Shown one piece after another: positions 56,957-64,000 of a DNA stretch of 64,000 nucleotides. A program made the position numbers and the translations under genes. The DNA comes from Octopus vulgaris. Lineage: Eukaryota. The stretch covers positions 100,006,001 to 100,070,000 of the forward strand of contig OX597815.1 in NCBI GenBank assembly GCA_951406725.2, given 5' to 3'. The number at the start of each line of letters is the position of its first letter. Positions within the stretch are counted from its first letter, which is position 1. A model generated the notes under the pieces. It was given only the letters and a program-made list of their open reading frames with translations, was not told the DNA's origin and did not search any database.

Positions 56957-58675
56957 TATATACATATAGATATACACACACACGCACACACACACACACA
57001 CGTATATATATATAAGTCAGTAAATGGTGGGGTTGTGTTAACCGCACGTGGAGATATGATAGGAGAGGAAAAATAATAAGGCAGAATGCTAAACTGAAAG
57101 CAAATTTTAATAAAAATGGGTGTATGAAAAATTAAAAAAAGAAAATCAAAGCGGCTCTCATTGCAAGGCAAATTTTCAAGATTTTGGAAGGGGAATTTTT
57201 TTTTTTAATTGAAGAAGTGGAAAAAAGAAATTTACAATGTTTTCTCAAAAGAAAGTAATAAATATATACAAATATTAATAAATAAGTATACCAATACATT
57301 GTAGTTTCTGTATGCTTTTAGAGTTCAATATTATTCCATGGAAAAACTTCTTTGGAGGATTAGGATGCATGTGTTTTAGTGTAGTGTTTTGTTTGAGAAA
57401 GTTGGATGTTTATGTGTCAAAACAGGAAATGGGGTAGGAGTTATCCAGTTCCTGTGAATAAGGGGAGACAATTCTGTGGATTTTATACTCTTGAATTGGA
57501 ATGCTGGATTTTTTGTCAAACAGGGTGCTTATATCTATTTTTTGTCAGACAGGATGCTAGAAAAAGGAATATGGTCACCGCGGAGTTTGCATATTAAGAA
57601 GCATTTGGAATTTTTCAATAAAAAAAAATTTCAATAAAAAAAACAGTAACGACGTCCCTTCCTGGATAGCCATATTATATTAGCAATTGAATTTTATTTT
57701 AAAGAAATGTTACTCTATGTATCTCTCTTAGAGAATTAGAAATAATACTTTATATATATATATATTTGCATGCGCATGTATGTATGTATGTATGTATGTA
57801 TGTATGTATGTATGTATGTATGTATGTATGTATGTATGTATGTATGTATGTATGTATATGTATAAGTATATATGTATTACAAAATATAAAGTTATATCTT
57901 GAGATCGCTAGTGACAACAACACTCAAAATATATAACAGACTGGAATAGAAGTGCTCAAGTGAGCTGTATACACTTTTTAATCCGAGGGGAGGCAATGTG
58001 AGCAGCAACTACAAGAACACTATAAAATCCACAGGAAGATCAGACACATACATATATTCATTTATATCTACAGAACAGATATAAAGCCCGACGTTTAAAA
58101 ATATAGTAATATATAAATATATAAACATCATATAAAAATATATAAATATATAAAAGAATCAATGTTGCATATATAACACCTTAAATTTACACTTAAACTC
58201 GTAAAATATTTGGTATAAATTTGTTAAATTAAAAATTTGGGGTAATAAAACATACAATGACGTATAAAAATGACGAATTAAAAATTCCAGAGAAAAATAC
58301 ATAGAAAATAAATATACAAATTTACAAAAATACATTTTCGATTTGCCTATGTATTTCAGTCGAGTGTGTTAGTATTAATGTGGTAACATAGTAGATTTCG
58401 TCTTGGTATATGTTTGGCTGAAGAAGGTAAAGCAAATATGGGTGAGAGACATATCTTGCAGAACCTGAAACCTGCAGGTACCACATTATCCATTTTCCGG
58501 GTGTTTCATCTTTCAGATGTTCTCCCTGGAGATAAGACGGTTTTTTTCTCTATTTTGTTGCACACACGCATTTTTGCTAATACATACGCGGTGAAGCTAC
58601 ACATTAGCGTCGTATTTTTACGTTCGCTATTTCCAGTAAATATCGGTAGTTAGTTGTGCCATTTATTTACTAATT

Positions 58676-58710
<35 letters not shown>

Positions 58711-58926
58711 CATGTGATCTCTTGAGCACCACCAGTTAAAATATTTTTTCCTCTGTCTTCCCTTCTTGGGATCTTTCCTTCTCCTTGTTTCCGACGAAGA
58801 GCTCCGCTCGAAACGTTAAACCTTCCTTCCCTTCTTTCCTGAGCGTCAATAATACTTTAATTGTTCCACGTCCTCGCGTTGCTATGTTTTTTTCTCTTTT
58901 TTTTCTGTGTTTTCTTGTTTGGATTA

Positions 58927-58930
<4 letters not shown>
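58711..58930 (+). mobile_element. Family H1 repeat with a hammerhead motif (U4C variant)
   Basis: 58787-58821: GTTT-CCGACGA-A-GAGC tcc GCTC-GAAA-CGTT-AAAC; (TA)n on both sides. Confidence 0.8.
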
Positions 58931-58969
<39 letters not shown>

Positions 58970-59080
58970 TTTAATTTGTGTGAATGTGTAAAGAATAATA
59001 TATCAGTCGAATAAAGTTTTCGCGCTTTTTATTATGCTATTTTAACATCAAAAAAAGTATTTTGTAACGCTGATAAAGTT

Positions 59081-59118
59081 AAATTACCGCTTAAATACAT
59101 AGAGTAATCATCAGATTT
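59081..59118 (-). ncRNA. Decayed hammerhead motif (GAAA reads TTAA)
   Basis: AAAT-CTGATGA-T-TAC tctat GTA-T-TTAA-GCGG-TA-ATTT; homologue of 59546-59581. Confidence 0.55.
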
Positions 59119-59545
59119 CATATGCATTTAACTGACAGTTACGTTCTTGAGAACTGTAGTACCTCTTAGAACGCTCCAACAACCTGATTTTTTAGAATAC
59201 AGTTTTGACTAATCCGCATACAACTTAAGCATCACGGTTTTCCAGGAGTACAGCTATTCTATAATTTGTTGATATTATTGTTAGAGATATTTTTTTAATC
59301 AACACCATTAAATAGTTCTATTATTGTTGTTATTTCCGTTCAGAATAGATTTGACCATTTTAATACAACGTTTTTCTTGTATCTTACTTCCATCGTCACT
59401 CTTATATTCTTTCCACCATCACCGTTTGTGGAAAGGAAAATTTAGAAACATATTCTAATCACATGTCTCTATATGTTCGCTCAATGGAATTTGTTGCACA
59501 TTGGTGTTTTGGATTTCTTGTCTGTGGAGTGTTATTACATAGAGT

Positions 59546-59581
59546 AATCTGATGATTACTCTAGGTATGAAAGCGCTAATT
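59546..59581 (+). ncRNA. Minimal type-I hammerhead ribozyme motif with an intact core
   Basis: AAT-CTGATGA-T-TAC tctag GTA-T-GAAA-GCGC-TA-ATT; palindromic GCGC tetraloop and UA cleavage site. Confidence 0.75.
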
Positions 59582-59648
59582 TATCTTTATGAGAATTACA
59601 AAATAAAAACGTGAAAGCCAGACCGTGTTTTAACTTTATTCAAATCAT

Positions 59649-59706
<58 letters not shown>

Positions 59707-59833
59707 AAAAGAATTCCAACCTTGTCTGATTTTCACGTTTTATTTACAATCTTATAATGATATATTATAAGATAATATATTATAATTGAATAAAATAAAA
59801 TGAAATAGTAGAATGTTAAATATTCATTCTGAT

Positions 59834-59878
59834 TGAACTAGTACTTTCATGCATTGAATTCTGCAATCTTCGGGTTCA
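59834..59878 (-). ncRNA. Hammerhead ribozyme motif in the PLE terminal repeat
   Basis: TGAAC-CCGAAGA-T-TGCA gaattcaa TGCA-T-GAAA-GTAC-TA-GTTCA: 5-bp stem I, 4-bp stem II, palindromic GTAC loop, U4C core variant. Confidence 0.8.
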
Positions 59879-59940
59879 TGTAGTAGTGTTGACAGTCATG
59901 CTTCACAATTTTTGACTGTAGCAAGATGAGTGATTCTGTG

Positions 59941-60058
59941 CTATAAATACAGCTGGGTAGGCTCCAGAGTGCTAGGTTTTGCAAACTGTATTCTGACCAA
60001 TCAGTGTGTAGTATCACTCAATTACTTAAGCTGATTGGTTGGTTGAGCTGATTGGTTT
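59941..60058 (-). promoter_or_regulatory. Putative promoter in the PLE terminal repeat
   Basis: Minus strand has two CCAATCAG boxes, one inverted CCAAT box, then TATTTATAG ~65 nt upstream of the hammerhead (reads CTATAAATA on plus). Confidence 0.5.
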
Positions 60059-60372
60059 AGGCATCACGCTTTGTTGGACAGGTCAAGAGTCCTGTATCTT
60101 GACCCTGGCCGAAGCAGCAATTGTTGGGTTATTTTTAGAAATGTTGTAAATATCCTTTGTCAGAGATTTTTATATTTTTATATTTCAATTGTCATCATCA
60201 TCATTGTCAGCACCTTAATTATTGTTGCTAGTGGTGATGGTGGTGGCAATAGAACTTTTAACCCTAAATAAGATAATTTTCCTGCTATCTTCGTCTTGAT
60301 CACCTTTAGTATTGTTGTTGTTGTTAGTGGTCATGGTCGTAGCAGTGGAAGTAATACCTCTAAGTATTATTA

Positions 60373-63300
60373 TTATTGCTTATTTAGCTTGGGTTCGAAT
60401 TTATCAATAAAATTCTTTTCTCTGATTTTCCTCTCGATTTCACTTGGGCTGTGTAATTTGTAGAATGGAAATATTATATATATTTTCCGACCACATGTTG
60501 CTAGGTGGTTACTCAAAGGTATCTGACGGACCTCTGGGTCTCTAATCTGTTGCCGGTGTACACGTGAGCGTTCTAATAGTGCGTTTCCCGTCTGACCTAC
60601 ATATATTTCTTCACAATTTGGGCATTTGATGCAGTAAATTAAATTTCTGCTTTTGCAGTTCATATTCGCGTTTGTGAATATTTTCCCGGTTTTTGTGTTT
60701 ATATATTGACCGGTATGTATGAATTGGCATGTGCCACATCGGCTATCATTGCATTTAGATACCGTGAATGTTTGGTCTTTGTTGCTGAGGTCAAATTTTG
60801 CCTTTGTTAGTAATGTTTTCAAGTTTTTAGGCTGTCTTTTACTAAGCACCATAGCTCGATCCTTGATTATGTCTTTTAATTCATTACTTTGGGCAATGAT
60901 TGGAAGGTTTGCTTTGGCAATGTTGAAGATATTCTGGTGACATGGGTTGTGTGTCACTATGAATGGTATGACTTGTTCTTGTTTTCCTCTTCCTTGGGTT
61001 GTCCTAAGTTGTTGTATAGGTATTTTTATAGCCCGCTGTATGCCATTTTCTATAAGTAGAGATGGGTATTTTTGTTTGAGCAAAAATTCTCTTAGTTCTA
61101 TTAGGCGTTTGTTCCTGATATTTGCATCTTCTACAATAGTACAAATTCTTCTGGCTAGGCAGTATGGGATGTTACGTTTTGTATGTGGTGGATGGCACGA
61201 CTTAAAATTTAGGTATTGATGTGTGTCTGTGTGTTTATAGTATATATCTGTGGTGATGGTGGTGTCTTTTTTAATTACCATTATATCCAGGAATGGTAAT
61301 TTGGTACTACTCATCTCCTTTGTAAATTTGAGAGATGGGTGTAGGTTGTTCAGGAGGATATTGAACTCTTCCAGAGTATTTAGAGATTCTGTCCAGATTA
61401 TGAAACAGTCGTCTAGGTATCTCTTCCATGCCTTTTCAATATACTTTCTAAATCCAGTGCCATAGTTTACCTCCACCTCTTGGTAGAGTTGTTCTTCTAA
61501 GTATCCCATTACAGAGTTGGCGTAAACGGGAGCAAACCTCGTTCCCATCGCCGTGCCTCTAATTTGGATGTAATTCTTTCCATTGAAGAAGAATGTGTTA
61601 TTTTCTAGAATAAGTTTGACTGTGTCTAATATAAATGGCACTGTGAATCTGCTGGGAATCACTTCTCTATGTTTTTCTAACCAGTATTTAATCGCCTTTA
61701 TTCCTAAATCGTGTGGAATATTGGTGTAGAGGCTTGCCACATCAAAACTTAGCAAAACTGAATTTGTTTCTGTTGTTTTGGGAAGATGGGACAGGAAGTC
61801 GATGTCATCCCTGATGAAACTTGGTATGTAAGTACATAGTGGTTTCAAAACAATGTCAATAAAATTGCTTAGACGGTGTGTAGGGCATGCTGGACCAGCT
61901 ATAATAGGTCTAAGTTTTAGGTCTTTTGGATGTAATAATTTTATGTACTCACTTTCTTGTTCTTTTACTGCCTGTTGAATGTTTTTTGATTTGTGTATTT
62001 TTGGTAAGCCGTAGAAGTTGCTGGGTTTTGGTTCAAAATTGGTGATGTAGTCTTTTTCATTATCCGTAAGTGAGTTGTGGTGTGTTGAAATCAGGTTGTT
62101 GATCTTTTTCATGATGTGGTGGTCTATATTTGCGGGTATTTCACAATAGAAGGTTGTATCCTTCAGTTGGTCTTCAACCAAATCCTTATAGTATTCGGTA
62201 TCCATAATAACAATTGCACCACCTTTATCTGCTTGTTTAATTATTATTGTTTGATCGTTTTGTATACGTTTACATGCAGACATCTCTGATTTGCTAATGT
62301 TTGGCCTAACATTGGTATTGCGTCTAAGGGGAAATTTAGACAGGATATCAATGTATTGGTCAAGGTAGTTATTTCTTCCTTTTGGTGGGGTGAAATTTGA
62401 TTTATTCCTTACTAGGGATTCATCAATCTCATTACTTTTGTTAGCGAAGAATTCTACAAGTCGTAATTTTCGACAGAATTTTTGGATATCCTCCTTTAAT
62501 TCTTGGTGGTTGGCTGTTGGTGTAGGTGTGAATTTCAGTCCTTTTGACAGAAGTTGGATTTCATCATTGTCAAGATCTCTTTTTGATAAATTAATTATTT
62601 TAGGATCTATACGTTCAGTTGTTTGGGGTATGTTTCCTCTTGGATTTTTTTTCTCCGGTGTTTGTTGTCCTGACGTAAAAAAATGGATTTTTTTCTGGTT
62701 ATGATTTATATTCCTGTTGATGTTTGCTTGATGAATTTTGCGTTTTGGTTGTGGTACTTTACTTGGTTTCGTTATGTTTTCTGTCTTGTTTTTGGTATTA
62801 TGTATGCTACTTTTCAATTTCTTGTTAGCATTGTTTTTAACCACCTGGAGGAATGATCTGGGTTTACTTCTAGATCTAGATCGGTTTTTTGTCCAGTTTC
62901 TTGTGGGTAATCTCTGTTGAGGTCTTGAAAATGATCTCCTGTTATTTCTACTGCTAATGGTCTGTTCAAAACAATATCTATTTTGTTTGTGCTTTTTGTT
63001 CATGTTGTGTGCATTAGGGTGTTTGCATACAAAATGGGAAGAGTTCTTACCGTAGTTCGTCTTCGATTCGTGGTGAAACGGGTGTTCATGTTGCCACGTG
63101 TTCTGGTGTATGTTGCGTTGGTGAGGTTGTCCACTTTTAATGCTATTTCTCGGAGTTCTGGTGTCTTTACCGTAATTTGTAGCATATTTGTCGAGAAATA
63201 ATTGTTTCCGCTGCCAAAACTTTCTTGATCTGCTTTCTTCTTTTGAGATATCTCTGATCCATAGTTCTCGCATTTTTTCTGCTATATTGCCGGTCGTTAG

Positions 63301-63405
63301 TTTGGATATTTCATCTCTGATTTGATCATCGATAGCTTCGTATTTGGCTTTGTAGCGGGATTGTTTAGACAGGGTAATGGAGATGTCGGTCCTGAATTTT
63401 ATCAA
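60373..63405 (-). CDS. Penelope-like polyprotein: reverse transcriptase + GIY-YIG endonuclease (frame stays open up to the TA tract at ~63464)
   Basis: LLSKGLKF.P, ADKGG, FYGLPKIHK, LRPIIA, SFDVASLYTNIP, GTAMGT, RYLDD, PFLD, SCHPPH, linker CxxxxCxxC, LIYCIKCPNCEEIYVGQT, R..H, H, E, LN; no stops over 1010 aa. Confidence 0.95.
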   Translation of the reverse strand: MIKFRTDISITLSKQSRYKAKYEAIDDQIRDEISKLTTGNIAEKMRELWIRDISKEESRSRKFWQRKQLFLDKYATNYGKDTRTPRNSIKSGQPHQRNIHQNTWQHEHPFHHESKTNYGKNSSHFVCKHPNAHNMNKKHKQNRYCFEQTISSRNNRRSFSRPQQRLPTRNWTKNRSRSRSKPRSFLQVVKNNANKKLKSSIHNTKNKTENITKPSKVPQPKRKIHQANINRNINHNQKKIHFFTSGQQTPEKKNPRGNIPQTTERIDPKIINLSKRDLDNDEIQLLSKGLKFTPTPTANHQELKEDIQKFCRKLRLVEFFANKSNEIDESLVRNKSNFTPPKGRNNYLDQYIDILSKFPLRRNTNVRPNISKSEMSACKRIQNDQTIIIKQADKGGAIVIMDTEYYKDLVEDQLKDTTFYCEIPANIDHHIMKKINNLISTHHNSLTDNEKDYITNFEPKPSNFYGLPKIHKSKNIQQAVKEQESEYIKLLHPKDLKLRPIIAGPACPTHRLSNFIDIVLKPLCTYIPSFIRDDIDFLSHLPKTTETNSVLLSFDVASLYTNIPHDLGIKAIKYWLEKHREVIPSRFTVPFILDTVKLILENNTFFFNGKNYIQIRGTAMGTRFAPVYANSVMGYLEEQLYQEVEVNYGTGFRKYIEKAWKRYLDDCFIIWTESLNTLEEFNILLNNLHPSLKFTKEMSSTKLPFLDIMVIKKDTTITTDIYYKHTDTHQYLNFKSCHPPHTKRNIPYCLARRICTIVEDANIRNKRLIELREFLLKQKYPSLLIENGIQRAIKIPIQQLRTTQGRGKQEQVIPFIVTHNPCHQNIFNIAKANLPIIAQSNELKDIIKDRAMVLSKRQPKNLKTLLTKAKFDLSNKDQTFTVSKCNDSRCGTCQFIHTGQYINTKTGKIFTNANMNCKSRNLIYCIKCPNCEEIYVGQTGNALLERSRVHRQQIRDPEVRQIPLSNHLATCGRKIYIIFPFYKLHSPSEIERKIREKNFIDKFEPKLNKQ

Positions 63406-63461
63406 ACTAAGGTCCCATCGAAGTTTAGTTTCTTCCTCTGGTTCTCCTGCAATTTCTTTAA

Positions 63462-63509
<48 letters not shown>

Positions 63510-63581
63510 CATTCCACGAAATTATTTCTATTTTTCGATTTGCCTATATATATATATATTATTCTTTTATTTGTTTCAGTC

Positions 63582-63860
63582 TGGGAATCGAAACCGCGAT
63601 CCTCCGACCGCAAGTCCGCTGCCCTAACCACTAGGCCATTGCGCCTCCTATATATATATATATATTATTCTTTTATTTGTTTCAGTCATATATGTGTGGC
63701 CATGCTGGAGCACCGCTTTTAGTCGAGCAAATCGCCCCCAGGACTTATTCTTTGTAAGCCTAGTACTTCTGCTATCGTTCTCTTATGCTGAACCGCGGAG
63801 TTACGTGAACGTAAACACACCACCATCGGTTGTCAAGCGATGTTGGGGGACAAACACAGA
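63582..63860 (-). mobile_element. SINE C tRNA head (63582-63648) and SINE B 3' half (63665-63860)
   Basis: Match to 19288-19356 and 38985-39200 respectively. Confidence 0.8.
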
Positions 63861-63877
63861 TACACACACATATACAC

Positions 63878-63910
<33 letters not shown>

Positions 63911-63969
63911 TGTATTATGTATGTATGTATGTATGTATGTATGTATATATATATACATATATATATACA

Positions 63970-64000
<31 letters not shown>

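Larger units (their letters stand above)
58998..59650 (-). mobile_element. Truncated Penelope-like copy with an inverted terminal repeat
   Basis: Minus 59535-59330 encodes TLHRQEIQNTNVQQIPLSEHIETC*..IQEKRCIK..ILN (GIY-YIG end); the terminal repeat at ~59000-59118 is repeated inverted at ~59546-59650. Confidence 0.8.
59703..63464 (-). mobile_element. Penelope-like retroelement (Neptune-type), 5'-truncated, flanked by (TA)n
   Basis: RT + GIY-YIG ORF and a ~670-bp 3' terminal region with CCAAT/TATA motifs and a hammerhead; TA tracts at 59657-59702 and 63465-63503. Confidence 0.92.

Noticed and set aside
60719-63201. Plus-strand ORFs overlapping the PLE ORF
   Set aside because: Antisense shadows of the real minus-strand frame.

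Overview
AT-rich animal genomic DNA, very rich in microsatellites, with no recognisable host protein-coding exon. The SINE families and repeat landscape suggest an octopus or other coleoid cephalopod (inference). Almost all ORFs in the track are translated (TA)n/(CA)n/(ACAT)n/(GATA)n tracts. Real content: (1) a co-oriented pile-up of dead R4/Dong-like RLE LINE pieces in trinucleotide tracts (1-5.6 kb); (2) a non-autonomous Helitron-like element; (3) an internally deleted mariner with intact TIRs; (4) a Tx1/L1-type 3' fragment inside (GATA)n; (5) many tRNA-SINEs and old LINE remnants; (6) a Penelope-like element (Neptune-type) with an uninterrupted RT + GIY-YIG ORF at 60373-63405(-), plus several PLE remnants. 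The main hidden signal is about nine minimal type-I hammerhead ribozyme motifs. They lie in the PLE terminal repeat, in inverted terminal copies, in a solo terminal repeat and in ~200-bp non-coding (TA)n-flanked repeats, and show stem covariation and recurrent core variants. Also present are several long fold-back palindromes and a duplicated, highly conserved non-coding block. All calls were made by eye; no searches or folding programs were run.
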